Shown here: one piece after another, positions 18,071 through 28,050 of the stretch | How the letters are laid out: the number at the start of each line of letters is the position of its first letter | Position numbering within the stretch: the first letter of the stretch is position 1 | Assembly: GCA_035279405.1 (NCBI GenBank) | Contig: DATEHU010000059.1 | Span: 26,552 to 90,551, forward strand | Length of the DNA: 64,000 nt | Reading direction: 5' to 3' | From: Gammaproteobacteria bacterium | GTDB taxonomy: Bacteria > Pseudomonadota > Gammaproteobacteria > Natronospirales > REEB76 | Notes under the pieces: generated by a model | Told to the model about the DNA's origin: nothing | Seen by the model: only the letters and a program-made list of their open reading frames with translations | The model's database searches: none | Program-made: the position numbers and the translations under genes

Positions 18071-19213
18071 TTATTGCTTGAGCGGCACGAGCTTGTAGGC
18101 AGCGAGATCGCCGTTGGTGGACAGCACCACCAGGGTGTCGTTGACCACGATGGGCGGTGCCAGGATGGGATCGCCGCCGAGACTCTCACGCGCCACGATG
18201 CTGCCGTCTTTCTTGGACAGGAAAAACAGGTAGCCGTCCAGATCCCCGGCCACCACGGTGTTGCCGAACGGCACCGGCACCGTAAGATCGCGTGCGCGCA
18301 TCGCGGGCTGTGTCCATGCCGGCACGCCCGTGGTCTTGTCGAGCGCCCACACGGCGCTGTGCACGTCAGTCACGTACACGTGCGCCGCATCCGCGCTCAC
18401 CCCGGTGTAGCTCGACATGTCGCGCGCCCACAGAATCTGGCCGGTGTCGAGCGCCACGTCCGCGACCCGCCCCTGGTAATTCACGGCGAATACATTGCTG
18501 TCATCCGCGGCCAGCACCCCATCCATGTCCACAAGCCGCGTCAGTTCGTTGCTGCCCGTGGCTGCGGAAATGGTGGCAAGCCAGCGCTGGCTGCCGTCAC
18601 TCAGGTTCAGCGCCAGCAACTGGCCGGTCGCCATACCCTGCAGCACGGTGCCGCCCACAATCAGCGGTGCGCCGGAACCGCGCAAGGTCAGATTCGGCAC
18701 GTCGCGCGATACGCTCCACAGCGGCTGCCCCGCGGCCACCGACAGCGCCACGATGTGGCCGTCACTGGTGTGCACGATCACGGCTTGCGTGCTGACCGCG
18801 GGACTCGCAAGCACCGCGCCGTTGACCGTGGCCTTCCATGCCTGACTGCCATTCGCGGCGTCCAGCGCCACGACCGTGCCGTCGCTTGCACCGACCACTA
18901 CCAGTCCGCCGCCCACTCCGGGACCGCCGGACAACGGCAATTTGGTCTCGGTGCGCCACAGACGCTTCCCGGACTTGAGGGAAAATGCGTATACGTCGCC
19001 GCCGCGATCCGCGGCATACACGTTGACACCGTCGCTCGCGGCGACGATGCCCAGGCGCAATATCGCATCGGCGGATCCGACCGAAGCGCTCCATAGACGC
19101 TCGACTTTCACGCCGGGCGTGAACGCCACCAGCGGAGCTGGTGGTTCCACGTTGTTGCTGACACAAGCCGCCAGCGGCATCACCAGTAATACGAACCAGA
19201 ATATTTTTTTCAC
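18071..19213 (-). CDS. bamB: Outer membrane protein assembly factor BamB
   Basis: Lipoprotein signal MKKIFWFVLLVMPLAAC. PQQ-like beta-propeller repeats run throughout. Conserved position between yfgM and der. GTG start overlaps the yfgM stop (GTGA). Confidence 0.92.
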   Translation of the reverse strand: MKKIFWFVLLVMPLAACVSNNVEPPAPLVAFTPGVKVERLWSASVGSADAILRLGIVAASDGVNVYAADRGGDVYAFSLKSGKRLWRTETKLPLSGGPGVGGGLVVVGASDGTVVALDAANGSQAWKATVNGAVLASPAVSTQAVIVHTSDGHIVALSVAAGQPLWSVSRDVPNLTLRGSGAPLIVGGTVLQGMATGQLLALNLSDGSQRWLATISAATGSNELTRLVDMDGVLAADDSNVFAVNYQGRVADVALDTGQILWARDMSSYTGVSADAAHVYVTDVHSAVWALDKTTGVPAWTQPAMRARDLTVPVPFGNTVVAGDLDGYLFFLSKKDGSIVARESLGGDPILAPPIVVNDTLVVLSTNGDLAAYKLVPLKQ

Positions 19214-19902
19214 GGTTGTTTGGCTCCGGATTGAGCGGCCGGTGCTTGCGCGGCGCTCGCGGCGGCCGGCGCGGTGCCGCCGAGCGCATCGAGTTTCATC
19301 TGCAGCAGCGATTTGTCTCCAAGCTGCGGAGTCCAGGCCTGCAGGGCGCTTTGATAAGCCGTGCGCGCCTGCGAGGTTTCGCCCAGTTTCACATAGGCGT
19401 CACCGCGCGCTTCGTCATACAGCGGGGTAAATCCGGCGGCCGCAACGCCCGCGAGCGCCGCCAGCGCCGCATTCGGATCGCCCACCGAGAGTTTGACGCG
19501 CGCCATGCGCAGACGCGCCAGCAACTTCAAGCCGTCATCCTTGCTGTGGTTGATGACCCAGTCGAGCATCTGCATGGCGTCGTCGGGTTTGTTGGTGCCG
19601 ACGTCGTACTGGGCCATGGCCAGCGCCGCCTGCGCCGCATACGGCGTATCGGCGTAGTTGTTCACCAGTTGATTGGCAAGCTCCAGCGCCTGCGGCCCCT
19701 GCGCCTCGGTCAGCAACGCACCCATCTGGTTGTACATGGCGGACGCGGTCAGGCTGCGCACCTGGGTGCGATGCTGCCAGTAACGCCAGCCAAAGATGAT
19801 GATGAGCGCGATGATGATGCCCGCGAGGATGGACTTCCAGTTGTCCAGCCACCATTTCTTGATGCGCTCAACCTGCTCCTGATCCGAAAGAAATTCGTCC
19901 AC
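19210..19902 (-). CDS. yfgM: YfgM family (ancillary SecYEG translocon subunit, TPR-like)
   Basis: EQVERIKKWWLDNWKSILAGIIIALIIIFGWRYWQ is an N-terminal TM anchor followed by a TPR-like domain. Conserved hisS-yfgM-bamB order. Confidence 0.88.
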   Translation of the reverse strand: MDEFLSDQEQVERIKKWWLDNWKSILAGIIIALIIIFGWRYWQHRTQVRSLTASAMYNQMGALLTEAQGPQALELANQLVNNYADTPYAAQAALAMAQYDVGTNKPDDAMQMLDWVINHSKDDGLKLLARLRMARVKLSVGDPNAALAALAGVAAAGFTPLYDEARGDAYVKLGETSQARTAYQSALQAWTPQLGDKSLLQMKLDALGGTAPAAASAAQAPAAQSGAKQP

Positions 19903-19949
19903 ACGCTGCTCCCGCTGTCAATTCAAGGTATTCACGCTGTCGAAGTCGT

Positions 19950-21221
19950 TCACTGCACCCACGCCGCCAGACGCGCCGCCGCCAGCTCCCAGGAAATGCT
20001 CATCTGCTCGGTCGTATTGCGCAGCGGCTTGAACCCGACCTCGTGCTTGCGGGCTTCATTGTCGCCCAGCACCAGCGCCACGCGCGCGCCGCTCTTGTCG
20101 GCACGCTTCAACTGTTTGCCGAAATCGCCACCGCTGCAATCCATGAGCAGGCGCAGTCCCGGCAGTGCCGAGCGCAACTGTTCCGCGAGCTGCAGCCCGG
20201 CGCGTTCGGCCTCCACACCCACGCGCACCAGATAAGCGTGCGGCGCGGCATCCGGTGCGGATACACCCTCCGCTTCCATCAACGCGACCATGCGCTCCAT
20301 GCCCATGGCGAAACCGATGGCGGGCGTGGGCTTCCCGCCAAGGTGTTCCACCAGGCCGTCGTAACGGCCACCGGAACACACCGCGTCCTGGGCACCGAGC
20401 CGCGTGGTCACCCACTCGAACACCGTGCGCGTGTAGTAATCCAGGCCGCGCACCAGCCGCGGGTTGATGCGGTAGCGGATGCCGGCGCCATCCAGCAGCC
20501 GCTGGAACTCCGCAAAATGCGCCTGCGACTCCGCGTCCAGATGATCCAGGAGACTCGGCGCGCCCTGCACCACTGCGCGCGTTTCCGCCACCTTGCTGTC
20601 CAGCACGCGCAGCGGGTTGGTATCGAGGCGGCGGCGGCTGTCCTCGTCGAGCGCGTCCAGATGCTGCCGGAAATAATCCACCAGCAGTTTGCGGTAGCGC
20701 TGACGCGTGTCCGGAGTCCCCAGCGTGTTGATCTGCAGCTCCAGCGCGCTCACGCCCAACGCCTTCCACAGGCGTGCCAGCATGATGTTGAGTTCCGCGT
20801 CTATGTCCGGGCCGCTCAGACCGTAGGCCTCGACGTCCACCTGATGAAACTGCCGGTAGCGGCCCTTCTGCGGGCGCTCGTGCCGGAACATCGGTCCGTG
20901 GCACCACAAGCGCTGCACCTGGTTGTAAAGCAGGCCATTGCTGAGGCCGGCACGCACCATCCCGGCGGTAGCTTCGGGGCGCAGCGTGAGATGCTCGCCA
21001 TTGCGATCCTCGAAGCTGTACATCTCCTTTTCAACGATATCGGTGACTGCGCCGATGGAGCGCGCAAACAACTCGGTCTTCTCCACGATGGGCACGCGCA
21101 TCTCGCGGTAGCCATACGCACCCAGCACCTTGCGCGTCACGCTTTCCAGCTGATGCCAGCGCGGCGTGGCGTCCGGCAGGATGTCGTTCATGCCGCGGAT
21201 GGGCGGAATCAGCTCGCTCAA
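19950..21221 (-). CDS. hisS: Histidine--tRNA ligase
   Basis: IRGMNDILP, class II aaRS motifs and a C-terminal anticodon-binding domain. The 517-aa track ORF has an implausible N-extension. Start set to TTG 21221 ([16 protein letters not shown]), giving 423 aa, comparable with E. coli HisS. Confidence 0.93.
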   Translation of the reverse strand: MSELIPPIRGMNDILPDATPRWHQLESVTRKVLGAYGYREMRVPIVEKTELFARSIGAVTDIVEKEMYSFEDRNGEHLTLRPEATAGMVRAGLSNGLLYNQVQRLWCHGPMFRHERPQKGRYRQFHQVDVEAYGLSGPDIDAELNIMLARLWKALGVSALELQINTLGTPDTRQRYRKLLVDYFRQHLDALDEDSRRRLDTNPLRVLDSKVAETRAVVQGAPSLLDHLDAESQAHFAEFQRLLDGAGIRYRINPRLVRGLDYYTRTVFEWVTTRLGAQDAVCSGGRYDGLVEHLGGKPTPAIGFAMGMERMVALMEAEGVSAPDAAPHAYLVRVGVEAERAGLQLAEQLRSALPGLRLLMDCSGGDFGKQLKRADKSGARVALVLGDNEARKHEVGFKPLRNTTEQMSISWELAAARLAAWVQ

Positions 21222-21255
21222 GGGAAACCCCGAAAAATCAGCAACGCATGCGCGG

Positions 21256-22218
21256 TCAGCCGCCGGGCTTGCCGGTACCCGCGCCACTCCCGAGAGTGAA
21301 GCGCGCGGTATTGGTGTTCGGCTGGATAAATGGATCCTGGTTGAACGCCTTGCCGTCGAATTCAATGCTGACACCCGGAGCATTGCCGAGAAACACCTGC
21401 AGAGGACCCAAGCCGCTGATCTCGATGTTGTCGCCGGCAGGCACCAGGCTGTAGTACAGGCGTTTGCCGGCCGCATCATACACCTCGATCCAGGAAGCCT
21501 CATGCACGCTGAACTTTACGTGCGCCAGCATCGCGGGCGCCACTCCCGGCTCGGTCAACGAAACGTTGCCCGCCGCGCGTTCGCCGACCGCGGATTTCAG
21601 CGGCGCCCGTTGCACGCGTGCGCTACCCGCCGCGTTCACGTTCTGCCCGGCGGGACGGACGATTTCACTCTCGCGCGATGCTGTGCTGCGCGCTTCCTCA
21701 GCGGCGGCGCTCGGCCGCAGCGCAGGCACGCTGGCCGTGGAGCCGGCGCCCGGCGACAACTGCACACTGGCCGGCGTGGCGCTCTGTGCGACGGCAGGCA
21801 GCGCGGGGTTCGGCGCTTGATGCCGCCACCACACCACTGCCAGCACCACCAGCACCACGATCACCGCGATGGAGGAAGCCGGCAGGCCGACGCCGCGCCA
21901 CATCCTGCCCATGTGATCGGTGCGCTGGGTAACCAGCGGAGGCGGCGCCAGTCTGCCTGAGGCCTGATCGTATTTGGCCAGAACCTCGTCGGGCGGCAGA
22001 CCCAGCAGACGCGCGTAATTGCGCAGGTGTCCGTGCACGAAAATCGGCGCACCGAGCGCAGCGTAATCGTCCGCTTCCAGTCGCTGGAGGATCTCGTCGC
22101 CCACGTGCATTTCCTGGGCGGCCTTGTGCAGCGTGAGGTGCCGCGCCTCACGCGCGGTGCGCAATTCTTCGCCGAGACTGCCGCCGCCGGCAGGCCGGTC
22201 AGCCGGATCCTGTGCCAT
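21256..22218 (-). CDS. rodZ: Cytoskeleton protein RodZ (HTH + TM + DUF4115)
   Basis: [38 protein letters not shown] is the [21 protein letters not shown] follows, then a TM ([17 protein letters not shown]) and a C-terminal DUF4115-like segment ([14 protein letters not shown]). ATG at 22218; the track GTG 22227 is an alternative. Confidence 0.88.
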   Translation of the reverse strand: MAQDPADRPAGGGSLGEELRTAREARHLTLHKAAQEMHVGDEILQRLEADDYAALGAPIFVHGHLRNYARLLGLPPDEVLAKYDQASGRLAPPPLVTQRTDHMGRMWRGVGLPASSIAVIVVLVVLAVVWWRHQAPNPALPAVAQSATPASVQLSPGAGSTASVPALRPSAAAEEARSTASRESEIVRPAGQNVNAAGSARVQRAPLKSAVGERAAGNVSLTEPGVAPAMLAHVKFSVHEASWIEVYDAAGKRLYYSLVPAGDNIEISGLGPLQVFLGNAPGVSIEFDGKAFNQDPFIQPNTNTARFTLGSGAGTGKPGG

Positions 22219-22984
22219 TGAGATCACTCTGAGTGAGCTGCTGCGCTTCGGGAGATTCGGGGAATTGCCTGATCAGTTGCCTGGCGTACTTGACGGCGGC
22301 CTGCTGGTTGCCGAGGGCGCGCTCCGTGCGCGCGCCGAGCAGCAACACTTCCGGCCGCGGCCTGGGGGAAGCCGAAGTGAAACGTTCGATGAAAGCGCGC
22401 GCCTCCAGATAGTGTTTCTGCTCGTAACTCATGCGCGCCATCTGGTAGAGCGCGTCAGGAAAATTCGGATTGATGGCCAGCGCGCGGCGAAAATACTGTG
22501 CAGCTGCGGCCTGGTCGGGAATCTTGTTGGCGCACACGCCGGCGTTGGTATAGGCCGCCTCCGGCGTGGGATACAGCGGATTCTCCGCGGCCTTGAGGAA
22601 ATACTGTTCGGATTCCTGCGGCTTGCCGTGCTGGCACAGGAACACCGCGTAGTTGTTCTGGGTTTGCGGATTATCCGGCGCCTTGCGCAAGGCGGTGCGG
22701 AAATTCTCGTCCGCGCGTTGCGTGTCGCCGGTGCTGTTGTACAACAGCCCGAGCGCCATGTAGGCATTGGCATTGTCGGAATCCTGCTTGAGTGCCAGCT
22801 GCAGCTTCTCCATCGCCAGATCGCGCCGGCCCTGCTGCAGATAGGCAACCCCCAGCTCCACGTTGAATTGTGAGGCCTGCTGCAATGACACCTTGTCGCC
22901 CGGCGCCGAGGACGAACTGACGCACGCCGCCAGCAATCCAGCCGCAAGCAACACCGCAACTCCGCCTGCAATCCGTATATTCAT
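22199..22984 (-). CDS. pilW: Type IV pilus biogenesis/stability lipoprotein PilW (PilF), TPR
   Basis: Lipobox LLAAC and TPR repeats ([36 protein letters not shown]). Conserved rlmN-pilW-rodZ order. Confidence 0.88.
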   Translation of the reverse strand: MNIRIAGGVAVLLAAGLLAACVSSSSAPGDKVSLQQASQFNVELGVAYLQQGRRDLAMEKLQLALKQDSDNANAYMALGLLYNSTGDTQRADENFRTALRKAPDNPQTQNNYAVFLCQHGKPQESEQYFLKAAENPLYPTPEAAYTNAGVCANKIPDQAAAAQYFRRALAINPNFPDALYQMARMSYEQKHYLEARAFIERFTSASPRPRPEVLLLGARTERALGNQQAAVKYARQLIRQFPESPEAQQLTQSDLNGTGSG

Positions 22985-24351
22985 GCCAGCGCCTCCATTG
23001 AGCTTGGCCGCCGTTCGGCACGGCGAATCCGGTCCTGCACCTGCCCGGCCAGCTGGCCGCAGGCGGCATCAATATCCTCGCCGCGCGTACGGCGCGTGAT
23101 GGTGACGATGCCTTGACGCCACAGGTACTCGCCGAAGCGGTCAATCACCGCCTGCGGCGAGCGCCGGTAGTTCGTTCCGGGGAAAGAATTGAACGGAATC
23201 AGATTGACCTTGCAGGGAATGTCGCGCACCAGCGCCGCCAGTGCGCGCGCCTGCTCCGGGTTGTCATTGACGCCTTCCAGCATCACGTATTCGAAGGTGA
23301 CGTGTACATGGCTGCGATCCTTGTTGGCCACGTAGCGCCGGCACGCGGCCATGAGCTCGGCAAGCGGGTGCACCTGGTTGATGGGCACGAGTTCATCGCG
23401 TAAGGCATCGTCGGGCGCATGCAGCGACACCGCCAATGCCACGTCGCAGTCGCGCGCGAGCTTGTCGAGATTTGGCACCAGACCCGACGTGCTCACGGTC
23501 ACGCGCCGCTTGGACAGGCCGTAGCCGAAGTCGTCCAGCAGGATGCGCAACACCGGCAGCACGTTGCGGTAATTCGCCAGCGGCTCGCCCATGCCCATGA
23601 ACACCACGTTGGTGATCGGACGCTCCGCGCCGAGCGCGCGCTGTGCGACCAGCACCTGCGCGATGATTTCCGCGCTCGTGAGGTTGCGGTTGAATCCCTG
23701 TTTGCCGGTGGCGCAGAAGCTGCAGTTCATGGCGCAGCCGACCTGCGAAGAGATGCACAAGGTACCGCGGTAGCGACCCGAGGCGTTGGCCGAGGGGCCC
23801 CCTTTGGGGGATCGGCCCGCCGGTGGGGCGCATGCGGCCGCAGTCGCAGGAGTTGCGAGTGCAGCCAGTTCAATTTCCGCTATTGCTTCATCGCCAACAG
23901 CGCGGTCGCGACCCGAGGCGCTGGCCGAGGAGCCCCTTTCAGGGGATCGGACCGCCGGTGGGTCGCTTGCGACCGCAGTCGCGGCATCCGGGAAATCAGT
24001 CGGCGCAACATCCGCTATTGCATCATCATTGCTCGTGCGGTCGCCTTCGGGGATGAAGACAGTTTCAATGCTGTTGAACGCGTCCACGCCCAGCAGCCAC
24101 TTGCGCGTGCCGTCCGCGGAAAGCTGGTCGGCAAACACCGGCGGCAGACTAATTGCGGCACACTCCTTGAGGCGGGTGCGCAACGACTTGCCGAGGTCGG
24201 TCATGGCCTCGAAATCGGCGACGCCGCGCTGGTACATCCACTGCATCACCTGGCGCGCGTGAAACGGCTTGGCGCCCAATGCAGAGAAAAACTTTTCCAG
24301 CTCCGGACGTTCCAGCCCGAGCAGATTGGTTTTGGATGGGGTGGCCGCCAT
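22981..24351 (-). CDS. rlmN: 23S rRNA/tRNA (adenine-C2)-methyltransferase RlmN (radical SAM) carrying a 90-codon in-frame insertion
   Basis: N-terminus [17 protein letters not shown], radical-SAM motif [16 protein letters not shown], and [18 protein letters not shown] and INLIPFN. It is about 90 aa longer than expected because of an insertion between IPEGDR and GTLCISS. Confidence 0.93.
   Translation of the reverse strand: MAATPSKTNLLGLERPELEKFFSALGAKPFHARQVMQWMYQRGVADFEAMTDLGKSLRTRLKECAAISLPPVFADQLSADGTRKWLLGVDAFNSIETVFIPEGDRTSNDDAIADVAPTDFPDAATAVASDPPAVRSPERGSSASASGRDRAVGDEAIAEIELAALATPATAAACAPPAGRSPKGGPSANASGRYRGTLCISSQVGCAMNCSFCATGKQGFNRNLTSAEIIAQVLVAQRALGAERPITNVVFMGMGEPLANYRNVLPVLRILLDDFGYGLSKRRVTVSTSGLVPNLDKLARDCDVALAVSLHAPDDALRDELVPINQVHPLAELMAACRRYVANKDRSHVHVTFEYVMLEGVNDNPEQARALAALVRDIPCKVNLIPFNSFPGTNYRRSPQAVIDRFGEYLWRQGIVTITRRTRGEDIDAACGQLAGQVQDRIRRAERRPSSMEALA
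23767..24036. repeat. Two tandem 135-bp units (REP/MITE-like, family A) inside the rlmN coding sequence
   Basis: Unit 1 (23767-23901) and unit 2 (23902-24036) share an ~84-bp core (gcggtagcgacccgaggcgttggccgagg... vs gcggtcgcgacccgaggcgctggccgagg...). They also share a tail (tccgctattgcttcatc vs tccgctattgcatcatc). The core is the reverse complement of the intergenic copy at 28912-28978. Confidence 0.85.
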
Positions 24352-24357
24352 GTGTCC

Positions 24358-24789
24358 TCAGCGAGTCCGCGGACAGAGATCCAGATCGGCAAAAAAGAAG
24401 CTGATTTCATGGCGCGCGGTTTCCGCCCCATCGGAACCGTGCACCACGTTTTCATCTACGCTGCGGGCAAAGTCGCGTCGAATGGTGCCGGGCACGGCCT
24501 TCTGGGGATCGGTGGCCCCCATGACCTCGCGATGCTTGAGGATGGCGTTCTCGCCTTCCAGCACCTGCACCATCACCGGCCCGGAAATCATGAATTCCAC
24601 CAGCGGCTTGAAGAACGGTCGCGCGCGGTGCACCGCATAGAAAGCCTCGGCCTGGGTGCGGCTCAGATGCAGCATGCGCGCCGCGACGATGCGCAGCCCG
24701 GCCTTTTCGAAGCGGGTGTAGATTTCACCGATGATGTTCTTGGCCACGCCATCCGGCTTGACGATGGACAGGGTGCGCTCGATAGCCAC
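24358..24789 (-). CDS. ndk: Nucleoside-diphosphate kinase
   Basis: [17 protein letters not shown]...NVVHGSDG. Start set to GTG 24789 (GGAG 8 nt upstream), giving 143 aa. The track ORF has a spurious N-extension. Confidence 0.95.
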   Translation of the reverse strand: MAIERTLSIVKPDGVAKNIIGEIYTRFEKAGLRIVAARMLHLSRTQAEAFYAVHRARPFFKPLVEFMISGPVMVQVLEGENAILKHREVMGATDPQKAVPGTIRRDFARSVDENVVHGSDGAETARHEISFFFADLDLCPRTR

Positions 24790-24936
24790 AAACACGACTC
24801 CAGACGGGGGGTGAGAGGATGCCGACCGCGCCCGAACTGCGCTGCGAAAATCCGGCACGTTCAAGCGCGTAAGTTTACCGGCTGCGGACCGGTTCAGGCA
24901 ACGAAAAGGCGGGGTAAATCGCTGAAAAACCGGGGG

Positions 24937-25257
24937 TTAAACCGTGAAGCTCTCGCCGCAGCCGCAGGCATCCTTGACGTTGGGGTTGTCGAACTGGAAC
25001 GACTCGTTCAGCCCCTTGCGGATGAAATCCACGCACGTGCCGTCGAGCAGCGGCAGGTTCTCGCGGCTCACCAGCACCTTCACGCCGTGCTGCTCGAACA
25101 CGACATCTTCGGGACCGGCGGTGTCGGCGTAGTCCACCACGTAGGCAAAACCCGAGCAGCCGGTTTTCTTCACCCCCAGGCGCAGGCCGAAACCGCCGCG
25201 CTTCTCGAGGTAGCTTTGCACCCGGCGGGCGGCGGAATCGGTCAAAGTAATGGCCAT
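24937..25257 (-). CDS. iscA: Iron-sulfur cluster insertion/assembly protein IscA/ErpA family
   Basis: [17 protein letters not shown]...[12 protein letters not shown]...CGCGESFTV carries the A-type carrier Cys motif. Start at ATG 25257. Confidence 0.92.
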   Translation of the reverse strand: MAITLTDSAARRVQSYLEKRGGFGLRLGVKKTGCSGFAYVVDYADTAGPEDVVFEQHGVKVLVSRENLPLLDGTCVDFIRKGLNESFQFDNPNVKDACGCGESFTV

Positions 25258-25259
25258 GT

Positions 25260-25685
25260 TCAAGCCTGTATTTGCGGAACCGACAGCGGTATTACCGACG
25301 CACCATTGTAGCGCCCCACGGCATTGCGCACAGCGTCTTCCACGGTAACGGCCGCAGCGCGCTTCTCCGCCGGCAGGCCAAGCTGCTCCGCCAACGTCAC
25401 CACGCTGAAGCCCGCAGCTTCGGCCGGTGTGCCGCCCTTGAGCGCTTCGCTGGTGAGCGAGCACAACGCGATCGTCGCAGGACAGCCGTACACGCGATAG
25501 CGGCAATCGCTGATCCTGCCTTCGGCTGTGAGTTGCAACTGGAACTCCACTTCCCGGCCGTGACGGCGCTGGCCAGCGCTGCCCGCGAGAATCCGTTCAT
25601 CGCCGGCTGCAAACCGTCCGGCATTGCGCGGCGTGCGGAAATGCGCCCGCACCGCGTCGCTGTAGGAGGCAAATGGATCTGGCAT
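25260..25685 (-). CDS. IscU/NifU-N-like protein lacking two of the three canonical cluster-ligand cysteines
   Basis: 141-aa ORF collinear with IscU ([18 protein letters not shown]; [12 protein letters not shown]; [20 protein letters not shown]). Where I recall GAPACGD and HCS in E. coli IscU, it reads SAGQRRHGR and AAA. Confidence 0.7.
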   Translation of the reverse strand: MPDPFASYSDAVRAHFRTPRNAGRFAAGDERILAGSAGQRRHGREVEFQLQLTAEGRISDCRYRVYGCPATIALCSLTSEALKGGTPAEAAGFSVVTLAEQLGLPAEKRAAAVTVEDAVRNAVGRYNGASVIPLSVPQIQA

Positions 25686-25688
25686 GGC

Positions 25689-26858
25689 TCAACCGGCCGC
25701 GGGCGCGAGTTCCCGCAGGCGATGGTATTCCTCACTCACGATGTGCGCGGCCGTCTGCACTTCTTCGCTGGTAGTGAAGCGCCCGACGCTGAAGCGGATG
25801 CTGCTGCCGGCAAGCTGGTCATCGCGGCCCAGTGCGCGCAGCACGAACGAGGGTACCTTGTCGGCCGAGGTGCAGGCCGAACCGCTGGACACCGCGAGGC
25901 CATGACAGGCGAACAGCAGACTTTCGCCCTCGATGTCGGGGAAGCCCACGTTGAGGATGCCGCACACTCGCTGGTTCGGATGCCCGTTCAACAATGCTTC
26001 CGGCACCGCGGCATGCAGTGCCTGCCACAATTGCTGACGCAGCGCGCTGCAATGCGCTACATCCTTCTGCATTTCTTCGCGCGCGATGCGATAGGCCTCG
26101 CCCATGCCCACGATCTGGTGCGTGGCCAGCGTGCCGGAACGCAAACCGTGTTCATGTCCGCCGCCGTGGATCAGCGGATCGAGATTGATGTGCGGCTGGC
26201 TGCGTACATACAGCGCGCCGATGCCCTTCGGCCCGTAAACCTTGTGTCCCGAAAACGACATCAGGTCCACCGGCATTTGCTTGAGGTCGATGGGCAGCTT
26301 GCCGGCACTCTGCGCCGCATCCACGTGAAACCAGACGCCATGCGCACGCGCGATGGCACCGATAGCGGCGATGTCATTTGCCGTGCCGATTTCATTGTTG
26401 ACGTGCATGATCGAGACTAGCACGGTATCCGGGCGCAGAGCCTGAGCCACCGCCTGCGGCTCGATCAGCCCGTCGGCATTCGGCTTTATATAAGTGACTT
26501 CAAAACCGTCGCGCTCCAGCTGTTTGCAGGTGTCCAGCACCGCCTTGTGTTCGATCCGCGAAGTCACCATGTGCCGGCCCTTGTCGCGATAGAAATGCGC
26601 CGCGCCCTTGATCGCCAGATTGTCGGACTCGGTGGCGCCGGACGTAAAAATGATTTCGCCGGGCTCGGCGTTCACCAGCACCGCCACCTGCACGCGCGCC
26701 TGCTCAACCGCGCCGCGCGCCTTGCGGCCGGGAGCGTGGGCCGAAGCGGGATTGGCAAACAGGCCCTCGCAGGTCAGAAAGCCGGCCATTTTCTGCGCCA
26801 CGCGCGCATCCACCGGCGTGGTGGCCGCGTAATCGAGATATATGGTTTTTTCGATCAT
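25689..26858 (-). CDS. iscS: Cysteine desulfurase IscS (class I)
   Basis: Near-collinear with E. coli IscS as I recall it: [58 protein letters not shown] (PLP Lys), SSGSACTS (active-site Cys). Start at ATG 26858 ([10 protein letters not shown]). The C-terminus ends early, at LRELAPAAG. Confidence 0.9.
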   Translation of the reverse strand: MIEKTIYLDYAATTPVDARVAQKMAGFLTCEGLFANPASAHAPGRKARGAVEQARVQVAVLVNAEPGEIIFTSGATESDNLAIKGAAHFYRDKGRHMVTSRIEHKAVLDTCKQLERDGFEVTYIKPNADGLIEPQAVAQALRPDTVLVSIMHVNNEIGTANDIAAIGAIARAHGVWFHVDAAQSAGKLPIDLKQMPVDLMSFSGHKVYGPKGIGALYVRSQPHINLDPLIHGGGHEHGLRSGTLATHQIVGMGEAYRIAREEMQKDVAHCSALRQQLWQALHAAVPEALLNGHPNQRVCGILNVGFPDIEGESLLFACHGLAVSSGSACTSADKVPSFVLRALGRDDQLAGSSIRFSVGRFTTSEEVQTAAHIVSEEYHRLRELAPAAG

Positions 26859-26875
26859 GTTTCCCCCAAAGTAGT

Positions 26876-28018
26876 TCACGCCAGCGCTACGGCCCCGCGG
26901 CGTCGGGCCGTGATCGCGCCAAGCGCCGCCAGCAGCGCGTCAATGTCGTCTGCACTGTTCTCCGCGCCCAGGCTCACGCGCACCGCACCGCGCGCTGCGA
27001 TCTCATTGCAGCCCATGGCGAGCAGCACATGGCTGGGGCGGCCGCTGGCGCTATGACAGGCGGACCCGCTTGAGACTGCGAAGCCGCGCCGGTCCAGTTC
27101 CATCACCAGCCATTCGCCGACGTAACCCTCGATGCCGAATTGCACGGTATTCGGCAGGCGCTCCGCGTGTGCGGCGAAAATCCGCACGCCGGGTAGTCGA
27201 TTCAATCCCGCTTCCAGCTGTTCGCGCAGCGTTTGCATTTGCCGGATGCGCGCGTCCAATTCCTGGCGCGCCAGCTCCGCCGCCGCACCGAAGCCGACGA
27301 TGCCAGCGAGGTCCTCGGTGCCGCCGCGCAATCCCTGTTCCTGGCCGCCGCCGGTTATCTGCGGAGCAAGATCCACGCGCCGGTTGCGGATCAGCGCGCC
27401 CACGCCGCGCGGGCCGTTCAACTTGTGCGCCGAGAGCACCATCAGGTCAGCTCCCAGCGCCGCAAAATCCACCGCCATCTTGCCGGCCGCCTGAATTGCA
27501 TCGGTGTGCAACAGCGCAGCGCGGGCGTGCGCGAATCCGGCCGCGGCATGCACGTCCTGAATTGCGCCGGTCTCGTTGTTGGCCAGCATGACGGACACCA
27601 GACGTGTGCCGCCTTCGAGCGCTTTTTCGAGGGCGCGCAGATCCAGGCGGCACTCGTTGTCCACCGGAATGCGCTCCACCTGCCAGCCCTGCTTGGCCAG
27701 CGTGTCGGCCGTTTCCTGAATCGCCGCGTGCTCAATCGCGCTCACCAGCAGGCACCCGCGCGGTGTGCCATGGCATACACCGCGCAGCGCGAGATTGTCG
27801 GCCTCGGTGCCGCCGCCGGTGAAAACCACCTGCGGCGGCTCGGCATTGACCAGCGCCGCCACCTGGGCACGCGCCCGGTCCAGTGCCACGCGCGCATCGC
27901 GCCCGAAGCGGTGCACGCTCGCGGGATTACCGTGCGTACCACGCAACAGCGGCAGCATGGCGTCCAGCACGCGCGGATCAAGCGGTGTGGTGGCGTTATG
28001 GTCGAGAAAAATGCTCAT
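26876..28018 (-). CDS. Second cysteine desulfurase, NifS-like (class V aminotransferase fold)
   Basis: 380-aa ORF: [45 protein letters not shown] (PLP Lys), SSGSACHS (active-site Cys). Confidence 0.85.
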   Translation of the reverse strand: MSIFLDHNATTPLDPRVLDAMLPLLRGTHGNPASVHRFGRDARVALDRARAQVAALVNAEPPQVVFTGGGTEADNLALRGVCHGTPRGCLLVSAIEHAAIQETADTLAKQGWQVERIPVDNECRLDLRALEKALEGGTRLVSVMLANNETGAIQDVHAAAGFAHARAALLHTDAIQAAGKMAVDFAALGADLMVLSAHKLNGPRGVGALIRNRRVDLAPQITGGGQEQGLRGGTEDLAGIVGFGAAAELARQELDARIRQMQTLREQLEAGLNRLPGVRIFAAHAERLPNTVQFGIEGYVGEWLVMELDRRGFAVSSGSACHSASGRPSHVLLAMGCNEIAARGAVRVSLGAENSADDIDALLAALGAITARRRGAVALA

Positions 28019-28050
28019 GATTCAGCGGCCATTATACCTGCCCCCGACAT

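Noticed and set aside
21222-21503. N-terminal extension of hisS (track ORF to 21503)
   Set aside because: It would overlap the rodZ 3' end and add ~94 low-complexity residues. A TTG at 21221 gives a protein length and N-terminus matching HisS.
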